Part shown: positions 1 through 8,041 of the stretch, piece by piece
Numbering within the stretch: the first letter of the stretch is position 1
How the letters are laid out: each line of letters starts with the position of its first letter
Made by a program: the position numbers and the translations under genes
Assembly: GCA_964605735.1 (NCBI GenBank)
Contig: CAZSDS010000001.1
Span: 406,559-470,558, forward strand
Direction of reading: 5' to 3'
Length of the DNA stretch: 64,000 nucleotides
Source: an uncultured Candidatus Saccharibacteria bacterium
GTDB taxonomy: Bacteria > Patescibacteriota > Doudnabacteria > UBA920 > O2-02-FULL-48-8
The notes under the pieces: model-generated
What the model saw: only the letters and a program-made list of their open reading frames with translations
What the model was told of the DNA's origin: nothing
The model's database searches: none

Positions 1-2
1 GC

Positions 3-887
3 GGAAACGTCAACATCTCGGGAACAGTCGGCGATGACATGAGAGGATCCGGGGGGAACGTGCAAATTAACGCGGCGGTAACCGGTGATGTTTTTGTGGC
101 GGGAGGCACAATCACGACCTCTGACAACGCCAGCATTGGCAACGGCCTGTATGTTGCCGGCGGAACCGTTAACATAAACGGACCAGTCAGCGGGCCAGTC
201 AACATTTCCGGCGGGACTGTCACCATAAATTCAGAAATTGGCGGAGATGTGGTGGTCAGGGCTGGAAATCTGGTCTTTGGGTCTGAGGCAGTTGTAACCG
301 GACAAGTCAGGTACAGCGGCGGATCCCCGGCAGAAGTCGAATCCGGCGCCCAAGTCAGCAACATCCAGTTCACGCAGGTCGAACGGGACGTCTATGGCTT
401 CAGCTGGCTATCCATTTTCTTTGTGGCTTTGGCTTATCTGGTCACCACATTCCTGTTGTTTGCGATCTTCCCTGAGCGGACAATCGGCGTTGCAGAGGGA
501 GCTATCCGCAGGCCTTGGCTGTTTTTGCTCATTGGCCTGATTTATATGATTGTCATGCCGGTTTTGATAATACTTCTGATGTTTACTGTCATCGGCTGGA
601 TTGTGGCCATCATCCTCATTCTCGCCCACCTGCTTATTCTGCTTATCAGCTGGCTGCTAATGCCTGTGTTTTTGGGAACGCTTTTGCTCGGATGGCTCAG
701 GCGCAGAAGAAGAGAGGGCGAATCAGAAGTTACCTGGTATGGGATTTTGCTTGGGGCAGTTGTCTTGTGGGCACTTGCATTTATTCCGGTAGTGGGCTGG
801 CTGGCAATTTTCATCACCTATCTGATAACTCTTGGAGGCGTGATTATGTACTCAAGAAGGATCAGGCCGTCTTGGATGGAAAAATAA
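3..887 (+). CDS. 5'-truncated membrane protein: Gly/Val-rich beta-helix (bactofilin/polymer-forming-like) repeats plus C-terminal multi-TM domain
   Basis: Frame is open from the window edge; repeated 'VxGDVxxAGGxVxI' units, then 4-5 hydrophobic helices. Confidence 0.75.
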   Translation, partial: GNVNISGTVGDDMRGSGGNVQINAAVTGDVFVAGGTITTSDNASIGNGLYVAGGTVNINGPVSGPVNISGGTVTINSEIGGDVVVRAGNLVFGSEAVVTGQVRYSGGSPAEVESGAQVSNIQFTQVERDVYGFSWLSIFFVALAYLVTTFLLFAIFPERTIGVAEGAIRRPWLFLLIGLIYMIVMPVLIILLMFTVIGWIVAIILILAHLLILLISWLLMPVFLGTLLLGWLRRRRREGESEVTWYGILLGAVVLWALAFIPVVGWLAIFITYLITLGGVIMYSRRIRPSWMEK

Positions 888-908
888 AAAAAGGACGAAC
901 GAATCGTC

Positions 909-1424
909 CTATAAGGTAAAGTGGCGTTTGTTATTTTCGGCAACCATCTGCCAGTCATGCTTGCCGAAGTAGGAGTTCTGAACCCTGACCTGATGAAGCA
1001 AATCGATGATTTGGGGGAAACAGTCTGCCAGTTCTTGGTATATAAACCGATAGGAACTGTCTTCCCCCACTCTCTGGTAGGCCCACCTACCCAGCGCTGC
1101 GAACTGCTTTGCGGAAACAATCACTCGGTTGAAGCGATCCGGATAGTATCCGGACATAAACAACGCACAATCACCAACACTCTTCAGCTTGAGAAATTCC
1201 GAATGTTTGTTTGCTGGAACAGCCCAATCCTGAACCCCAACTTGCAGGCGAGATTCCAAACGGCGATTAAACTCCTCTGCGAGCATCAAAGACTGCAGTA
1301 GATTCACCACGTAGAACTCGGCGTTATCACTCAACTTAACTCCGGTGTGTTCCGCTGCCTGCGCAACCTGCGAGCAGAAAAACTCCATTGGGAATTGTAT
1401 GATTTGAACCCTGCTCTGGTCCAT
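909..1424 (-). CDS. Conserved hypothetical protein
   Basis: ATG at 1424 preceded by AGGAGG; TTGACA-17-TACAGT promoter upstream; motifs EFYVVNLL and GDCALFMSG resemble a helical family I recall from Proteobacteria. Confidence 0.7.
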   Translation of the reverse strand: MDQSRVQIIQFPMEFFCSQVAQAAEHTGVKLSDNAEFYVVNLLQSLMLAEEFNRRLESRLQVGVQDWAVPANKHSEFLKLKSVGDCALFMSGYYPDRFNRVIVSAKQFAALGRWAYQRVGEDSSYRFIYQELADCFPQIIDLLHQVRVQNSYFGKHDWQMVAENNKRHFTL

Positions 1425-1527
1425 GACATCCTCCTGATTGGAATATAAAAACTGTAACAATATTGCTTGCTCCTGTCAAAATAAAAAACCTGGTCACTTA
1501 AGACGCAGGTAAGTAGAGGCAGGTAAG

Positions 1528-1776
1528 TCATGAACGTTTCACTGTCTTCCAGGCAACCAGCAAGTCGATGCAGAATCCGATAATCGTAAACTGCAGAAGG
1601 CTGAGCGGAAGCAGTGTGTTGATTGTGCTGTTGGAAGGTACAACCATCACGACTGGAGCGAAGATGAACTGGTAGACATCTATCCCCCAACGGTAGCCCA
1701 ACGCAACTGCCACAACGCAGAAAAAGAGCAACACCGCCCCTAATACTGTCATCCCAACAGTGTTGGCACATCTCAT
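1528..1776 (-). CDS. Small hypothetical membrane protein
   Basis: AGGAGG RBS; ATGA overlap with the stop of the upstream ORF; two hydrophobic segments. Confidence 0.55.
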   Translation of the reverse strand: MRCANTVGMTVLGAVLLFFCVVAVALGYRWGIDVYQFIFAPVVMVVPSNSTINTLLPLSLLQFTIIGFCIDLLVAWKTVKRS

Positions 1777-2165
1777 GATGCCTTTGCCTCCTGGTTGGTA
1801 GCCAAAAACTGCTCGATTGAGCAAATCACTTCACGGGCGACAAACGCCCAGTCGAACTGCCGGCACTTCTCCACCTCAAGCTTGGTCGGGTTGACCCACC
1901 TGGCGCGGTTAATAGAATTGCAGTTCTTCAGGAAAGTAGCCAGCTCCGCGCAAGAATACATCTTCACGAAAAACGTGATGTGCAGATATTCGCGGCGGTC
2001 GTAACGGTCGTACTTGTCGGTTATAACCCGTATCGAGTATTCAACCCCGCAGACGTTGCCACTTGACCTGTACGGCCTGAAGGCTAAGTAAATCCAGGGG
2101 CTTGCGCCAATACAGGCGAAGATTGCGACCACCAACATGGCATACTGGGCCGACAGCAAATCCAT
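1773..2165 (-). CDS. Hypothetical protein with N-terminal TM helix
   Basis: AGGAGGAG RBS before ATG at 2165. Confidence 0.6.
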   Translation of the reverse strand: MDLLSAQYAMLVVAIFACIGASPWIYLAFRPYRSSGNVCGVEYSIRVITDKYDRYDRREYLHITFFVKMYSCAELATFLKNCNSINRARWVNPTKLEVEKCRQFDWAFVAREVICSIEQFLATNQEAKAS

Positions 2166-2285
2166 CACTCCTCCTGAACTATTGAAATTATCAGACGCCA
2201 GAATAGCAGGTTTTTTGAGCGAAGTCAATGATAGTGGACTGTTTTTGTCAAAGAAAAAAGCCAGAGTTAAAATCTCTGGCGTGTT

Positions 2286-2555
2286 CTACCCCTCCAATCC
2301 TCTCTTGCGTTTTCGGAGTCTCTGGTCTTGTACAATAGCGATGGCGTTTCCTTCCGGGTTCGTGGAATCAAGCTCCAGAAGCTGCCCGTCACTCATCTTA
2401 AGACGCAACCGGCCTGGTTCCCTGTGAGGCAAAAAGTTTTCGCCTCCGAAAAAACGAGCCACGATTTTTCGTGCCCTTAGACTCCCCAGGCTGTAGCCAG
2501 CTGCTGGCAAAACCAGACAAAGCGCTATCAAAAGCCAAAGCGGAACCGTAACCAT
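2286..2555 (-). CDS. Hypothetical protein with N-terminal TM helix
   Basis: AGGAGG RBS; TTGACC...TATTAT promoter; hairpin plus T-tract immediately after the stop. Confidence 0.65.
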   Translation of the reverse strand: MVTVPLWLLIALCLVLPAAGYSLGSLRARKIVARFFGGENFLPHREPGRLRLKMSDGQLLELDSTNPEGNAIAIVQDQRLRKRKRGLEG

Positions 2556-2682
2556 TCAGACCTCCTGAAAAAATGTAAGTGAACGATAGGGAATAATAGC
2601 ATTACCGGGCGTTTAGGTCAACGACACAAAATACCCAGTACTTGCTGAGTGATGAATGTTAAAAACCCGCACTAAGCGGGTC

Positions 2683-3072
2683 TTAAGTTTTATATTCATC
2701 TTTCCCTAGCACTTCTGCTGGAACAATTTGTGCTTTCACCTTACTTTCACCTAAAATTTTCAACTTGGTTAATCTATGAACGCCGTCTAGAATTACCCAT
2801 CTGTCATTATAATAAGTCACTAATATCGGATAACTGGTATCCGAATTCATTGTACGTTGGTAATGTGTGGCCGAACCCTCAATCTTGTTTATAACATTGT
2901 TCGGTGTAAGGTTCCAATCATCAGTATCATCCTTATCCCAAACCGGCATATCCAAATGCCACTCCAAGTCTTTTACATCAAATTCTTTTACTTCAAGCGG
3001 TAATTGCCTTAACTTAACAGTATCTACATACATGTTAAGCCCGGCATCAGTTATTTCTTTAGGAGCAATCAT
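2683..3072 (-). CDS. Small ParB/Sulfiredoxin-fold protein
   Basis: YPILV...WVILDGVHRL motif; ATGA overlap with the upstream gene. Confidence 0.7.
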   Translation of the reverse strand: MIAPKEITDAGLNMYVDTVKLRQLPLEVKEFDVKDLEWHLDMPVWDKDDTDDWNLTPNNVINKIEGSATHYQRTMNSDTSYPILVTYYNDRWVILDGVHRLTKLKILGESKVKAQIVPAEVLGKDEYKT

Positions 3073-3677
3073 GTATTACGGTTAAAGTTTGCTTTCAATA
3101 AAGAACCTGCATCCACCTGCGACACTAACTTTTCTTCAGATTTCTTTGCTGGCAATATCTCGCGGATTCTTTTCCTGTCAACTTCATTTAAAGTAAAATC
3201 GCCTATATGCAAAATTTTTAAATTAATTGATTTCAATGTCTCATCTATAAACATATCCCTCAAAATTCTCTTTTGAAAACGGTGTGTAAAATCATCAAGC
3301 TCTATGGCTAATAACGGAATCAAATCTGCTTTGCGAAACACTACAAAGTCAATAGTTTTTCTATTTATTTTATTTCTATATGTGTATGTATCCGCAAACT
3401 TGATTGTAGGAGCAACTGTTGCGATGGAACTAACCAAAACCTGTGGAAACACATAATATTCATCCTGTAATAATTTCAAAAGCTTTCGAAAGAAATCCTC
3501 TTCAACTCGAGTCAGAATCCTCTTAGGTACATAGTGTTGAGGATGCAAAATTTGAGCAGGCTGAGCAGGATCATTTTCCTTTTGAACATCGGTAGAATCA
3601 AAATTGTAAGGGGGAATATTCTTGAAAACGAAAGTAAATACAAGGATAAATAGCAATAGAAATAAGATTGCAGACAT
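3069..3677 (-). CDS. DUF2726-family protein (TM anchor plus PD-(D/E)xK-like domain)
   Basis: N-terminal TM; ILT..E..FF, VFPQV, IDFVV...AIELDD..H..RD pattern. Confidence 0.8.
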   Translation of the reverse strand: MSAILFLLLFILVFTFVFKNIPPYNFDSTDVQKENDPAQPAQILHPQHYVPKRILTRVEEDFFRKLLKLLQDEYYVFPQVLVSSIATVAPTIKFADTYTYRNKINRKTIDFVVFRKADLIPLLAIELDDFTHRFQKRILRDMFIDETLKSINLKILHIGDFTLNEVDRKRIREILPAKKSEEKLVSQVDAGSLLKANFNRNT

Positions 3678-3683
3678 ATTAGA

Positions 3684-5162
3684 TTAAATATCTTCCTTAA
3701 CTTTTACAAAATCATAGCCTTCTTGTTTTGATTTCTCAATGTATTCTTGAATCATATCCAGAGTTTGTTGAGGCGGATAAACTTCGCCTTTCTCAGGGTC
3801 AATTTCATCCCTGCGCAATTCTCTACCCTGGTCAGTCATAGTACCGATATGGAAAATCCTGATCCGGCCATGACCATTGCTGCTTAAAGCTTTTTTAAGC
3901 AGACTTTCGGATTTTAACTTTGTGCTTGGAGGGATGGCAACCACGTCATATGGGTTTCCGTGTATGATCTGAAGATCCATAGCCTGAAACTCACGCAAGC
4001 TATCAGTAGTGCCATGCACTCCTGCAATACGGCCAATCGTCGGCCTTATGCCGCTCACCTGTTCAATCAGCTCAGTTGTTTTCTTCACATCACCTAAATC
4101 CGCGCGCGGACCGATAAAGCGCTTTGCGTATTCTTTTATCCCTGCATTAGGCTTGGCGCCTTCTTGCGCCCATTCATGAACACCAATGTCATGCCCTTCA
4201 TCAATTATTCTTTTGATAATGTGTTCTCGGCCAGGAATAAGTGATCCGACTATAAAAAATGTAGCTTTGGCATTCTGTTCTTTCAGTATGTCTAAAAGTT
4301 TTTCAGTTTCTTCATTCGGACCATCGTCAAAAGTCAGAGCCATGACTTTTTTGCCTTCTTTTTCCAGCTGCTTCATCTTTTCCGGATTCAATTTCCAGTG
4401 GACGTTCTTCCCAGCTACCCATTCCTTGGCCCCGCTTCTTTCCATAGCCCATTCTATTTTTTCAATCAAGCCGCCCAATCCGATCATTTTCAAAGCACGC
4501 AGTTTATCTTGGCTAGGTTCAAACTTGCCTTCGCTTCCCATAACCTGCTTGGCAATTTCCGGGTTCAATCGGAACATGTTCACAATCTGCGTTTGGTTTT
4601 CCTGGGCGGAATGGAGGATGTCTTCCTTGAACTTCTTTGGGTGGAACAGTTCGGAATCTACCCAGCCGTCAGGGATGTCTGCAGAGTGTCTTTCCAGAAA
4701 ACCATTGAGACGTTCCTGGATCTCCAGTAATTTGTTAAGGAAATCCACTGAGAATTCCTGCATGTTCAATTCTTCCAATGCTTTTGCTTTCTGGTTGAAT
4801 TCAGGGTTTGCGAATTTCTGGACTACATAAAAAGACTGGCCTTCCTGGGAGGAGTCAGATGGTTCACCTTCCACGAACATTGCTTTTGGAAAGAGGTCGC
4901 CCAACTCTTCCTGAGCAGTTTCATAGAATTTCTTCAGTCTAACGAATTCCTCGTGGTTCTTGCCACCTTGGTCAAAATATTCTGTGACTGCGTATTCAGG
5001 CTTGTCAAAATCGCGTTCCTGTCCGCCTTCCAGTTCTATAACCGCTGCTGGCTCCCCAAGCTTATGGATATCAAACTCGTGGTTTTCGTGAACTGCTTCC
5101 AAGTCCCTGTTAAATGGATGCAAGTCTTTTGCTTCTTCTGGTATGTATTTCTCTGGGTTCAT
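3684..5162 (-). CDS. Polysaccharide deacetylase (NodB/CE4) domain protein with long acidic N-terminal region; alternative GTG start at 5186
   Basis: ALTFDDGP, ATFFIVG and GHDIGVH motifs in the C-terminal half. Confidence 0.75.
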   Translation of the reverse strand: MNPEKYIPEEAKDLHPFNRDLEAVHENHEFDIHKLGEPAAVIELEGGQERDFDKPEYAVTEYFDQGGKNHEEFVRLKKFYETAQEELGDLFPKAMFVEGEPSDSSQEGQSFYVVQKFANPEFNQKAKALEELNMQEFSVDFLNKLLEIQERLNGFLERHSADIPDGWVDSELFHPKKFKEDILHSAQENQTQIVNMFRLNPEIAKQVMGSEGKFEPSQDKLRALKMIGLGGLIEKIEWAMERSGAKEWVAGKNVHWKLNPEKMKQLEKEGKKVMALTFDDGPNEETEKLLDILKEQNAKATFFIVGSLIPGREHIIKRIIDEGHDIGVHEWAQEGAKPNAGIKEYAKRFIGPRADLGDVKKTTELIEQVSGIRPTIGRIAGVHGTTDSLREFQAMDLQIIHGNPYDVVAIPPSTKLKSESLLKKALSSNGHGRIRIFHIGTMTDQGRELRRDEIDPEKGEVYPPQQTLDMIQEYIEKSKQEGYDFVKVKEDI

Positions 5163-5193
5163 GTTACTACTGATAATAATTTTCACACTCGTA

Positions 5194-6753
5194 CTACTTA
5201 AGTAAGAACCTTCTAAAGTACTCTCTTAACTTTTCATTATGAATATAGACATAGGTTCCATAAATACCACGTGTCAAAAGCGTTTTGTAAATATTGATGA
5301 TATACCTCTTTAGCTCTGCATCATCCCACACAGCTCGCTTTCCATTCGCGTCATAATATTTATCTTTATCAACAATAATTGCCTTTTTAGTTTCATCGTA
5401 ATCAATCTCAGGACCGATTATCACTCCTGCATAATTTAAATCATAACCCTGAATAGTATGAATACAGCCAACTTCATTAACGGCATTCTTGGAATTTACC
5501 CAGTCATGTAAAACACTGTTCCAGAACAGTTTGGTTTCTCCAATTACGATATCTGGAATATTCTTATCTTTTTTTGAGAGCCATGGCCATGCATAACCAG
5601 CAATTACTCGTGAAAGTTTATGCTCAGCATCTTTTTGCTTAATCAACTCTACAAGCTGACCAACACTGTCCAAAATTCTAAAATCATACTGTTGAATTTG
5701 CAGGCCATCAACAGGCAAACCTTCTAAAATGTTATCTATAGCTTTAATGTAGTTATCCCCGCCTTTTATTCTTACCTGAGCCTTTAAACTGTATTCCTTG
5801 CTTTCCAAGGATTTTACGTGTGTCGGAAGAATATCTGTTGGTCTTACAGATTGTTTTTCGTCATAAAATAAGATAATTCTCTTTGCAGAAACTTTAATCC
5901 AATCAAGTTCCGTAGCGTCGCCATTCATCCCCAACAATCTATTTGTTTCATCGAAACTTCTATAGTTTGTTAAATTTCTCCTCTGCCTTAATCTATGCGC
6001 CTCATCAACTATCAAAACATCATATTCCTTTTTCGTGACTTCGTTTGGCCCAATAACCATTGAGGGATTTAACCCTTTAATACTCTGAAAAACTCTCTTT
6101 AATGTTTTTCTTAGGGAGCCCATAGCAACTACCAAGGCAACATTTTTAACTTTTTGCTCAGTGAGTTGTTTTATTAAAAAAGTTGCAAGTATTGTTTTGC
6201 CGGTACCCGGACCTCCATGTATCAAAAAGTACCTATTACCATCTCGCTTCAACTCTTCAAGTATATCTTCTGCAATCTCTAACTGCTCGTTTGTTAAAGT
6301 TTTGTAAGGAGAGTATTTAAATAAATCACTGTTTCTGATTTGTACTAAATCTTTTTCGGCAATATTTGAAAGCTGGAGATCTCGCCAAAGTTGTTCGAAT
6401 TTTCCACTATACTTTTCCTTATCATAGTAGTTATGGTGCTGCAATCCTCCGTTGCTATTTTGTAATAAGTACTTACCGTCAGCGGCCAGATACTCAATTA
6501 ACCAAGCCTCGGCATCTAGTGTTGCTGAAGCATTATATTCTTCATCTGTGATGATATGAATTTTTTCTAAACCTTGTCTATCTGGATTTTTTAAATGATC
6601 CCTAGTTCTTTTATATGCATTTAAAGATTGGCCTACATACAACTCTTTATTGTTTTCAATAATATAAACAACTGGCCAATTATTGCCAAAGTTAAAGTGC
6701 TTTATTTTTTCAGCGCCTTCTTTACTAAAGGAGTAAGTCTTGAATACTGCCAT
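5194..6753 (-). CDS. GIY-YIG domain fused to DUF2075 (Schlafen group 3-like) helicase
   Basis: N-terminal VVYII...LYVGQS...R..H; Walker A GGPGTGKT; IVDEAHRL; VGCIHTIQGYDLNY; LLTRG. Confidence 0.85.
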   Translation of the reverse strand: MAVFKTYSFSKEGAEKIKHFNFGNNWPVVYIIENNKELYVGQSLNAYKRTRDHLKNPDRQGLEKIHIITDEEYNASATLDAEAWLIEYLAADGKYLLQNSNGGLQHHNYYDKEKYSGKFEQLWRDLQLSNIAEKDLVQIRNSDLFKYSPYKTLTNEQLEIAEDILEELKRDGNRYFLIHGGPGTGKTILATFLIKQLTEQKVKNVALVVAMGSLRKTLKRVFQSIKGLNPSMVIGPNEVTKKEYDVLIVDEAHRLRQRRNLTNYRSFDETNRLLGMNGDATELDWIKVSAKRIILFYDEKQSVRPTDILPTHVKSLESKEYSLKAQVRIKGGDNYIKAIDNILEGLPVDGLQIQQYDFRILDSVGQLVELIKQKDAEHKLSRVIAGYAWPWLSKKDKNIPDIVIGETKLFWNSVLHDWVNSKNAVNEVGCIHTIQGYDLNYAGVIIGPEIDYDETKKAIIVDKDKYYDANGKRAVWDDAELKRYIINIYKTLLTRGIYGTYVYIHNEKLREYFRRFLLK

Positions 6754-6759
6754 GCCAGA

Positions 6760-7107
6760 TTAGAGTTGAGTGTATTTTGTATGTTTGCCTTTTGCTTTAT
6801 CTACAGGATACTTCTTTTCGTTTATTTCCATCTTCTTAAGAAAAGCTTGTTTCAGATCAATATCCAGGTCATGTGAAATAAGTAAAATCCAATATAGAGT
6901 ATCCACGACTTCTTCAGCTATATCTTCTTTGTGTTCAACTATATATTTCTCGATTTCTTCTTTACTTTTCCATTGGAAATGTTCAGCGACCTCAGCCGCC
7001 TCAAGCATCAAAGAAAGAGCCAAGTCTTTAGGATTATGGAACTGTTTCCAATCCCTCTCGTCTCTGTATTTAATTATTCGGTCTGTTAATTCCTCGATAT
7101 CAGACAT
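6760..7107 (-). CDS. MazG-like nucleotide pyrophosphohydrolase (dCTP pyrophosphatase-like)
   Basis: RDWKQFHNPKDLALSL..EAAEV.EHFQW...EEVVD...KMEINEKKYP. Confidence 0.9.
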   Translation of the reverse strand: MSDIEELTDRIIKYRDERDWKQFHNPKDLALSLMLEAAEVAEHFQWKSKEEIEKYIVEHKEDIAEEVVDTLYWILLISHDLDIDLKQAFLKKMEINEKKYPVDKAKGKHTKYTQL

Positions 7108-7173
7108 TGCTTTTATGGTTAATACTCTATAACTATGCTAACGTTTGCTTTTTTTGTCAAAAAAACGCCACTT

Positions 7174-7530
7174 TTATATTATTGGATCAAATTTCTTGAG
7201 TATGTAATGAGTAATACCAGCAAATATAATTATAATGACTGCACCCAACCATTGATTAAGACTACCTGTCTGTATTGCTACCATTAGTTGAAATATTCCA
7301 GTAACTGCCTGGATCAATGCAAACGCTGCAGCAATTTTTGAAAATCTATTCGCGCTCTCACTTTCTTTCTTCAGATTACTACTCAAGGATTTCATTTCTG
7401 ATAATAATTTTTTATTTACACACCTTGAAAGTTCCTCAGAAGCGAGAGCTGCGTGGACAGGCCCCACCTTATTAATCCATTTATGTAACTGCATCTCACT
7501 GGCTTTTTCAAGTTCTGGTGAAAAATTCAT
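7174..7530 (-). CDS. Hypothetical protein with two C-terminal TM helices
   Basis: ORF packed 1 bp behind the upstream gene; hydrophobic C-terminus. Confidence 0.6.
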   Translation of the reverse strand: MNFSPELEKASEMQLHKWINKVGPVHAALASEELSRCVNKKLLSEMKSLSSNLKKESESANRFSKIAAAFALIQAVTGIFQLMVAIQTGSLNQWLGAVIIIIFAGITHYILKKFDPII

Positions 7531-7531
7531 A

Positions 7532-8041
7532 TCATTCGCAAGCTAATCCGTCTTTATCACTATCAAGTTTATACTTATCTACACCAACAACTGTTGCTGG
7601 GCCCCTAAAGTACGCTGGCCCATCTCCACTACCGCCAGCACAATCCACATCACTGGCTATCGGCACACATCCACCAAAATAATTTGGATCACAACTTGAT
7701 GAAGTTGGTGCTGGAGTAGGTGCAGTTTTCTGTGCGGGCGTTGGATTTGGTAATGGAGTCGGCGTAACTTGCGGCTTTGTTGTCGTTGTTGGATTAGGGG
7801 TTGGCTGTAGAGTTGGTGTTGGCGTGACTTCCTTCAACTCAACTTCGCTTGAAGGAGTTGAAATTTCTGGCGCAGTGTTTTGTGGGGCATCTTGGACACT
7901 TGGCAGATCCAGTTGGTTGTTAACTGTTGTTGTCGATGACTACGGCTCGCTAATGCTAGCCAAACCAATAAAACCGGCAATAATTATGCTTGGGATAATA
8001 CCTTTTCTTTTGAACCATCTTTTTGGTGTAGATATTTCCAT
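7532..8041 (-). pseudogene. Secreted Pro/Thr-rich protein with C-terminal Excalibur-like Ca-binding motif, interrupted by an in-frame TAG
   Basis: ATG at 8041 directly after the OLD stop; signal/TM-like N-terminus; TAG at 7940-7942 (codon 34); same frame continues to CDPNY...LDSDKDGLACE. Confidence 0.7.

Noticed and set aside
7940-7942. Alternative genetic code (TAG or TGA reassignment)
   Set aside because: Conserved genes terminate normally at TAG and TGA, and no other internal stops were seen
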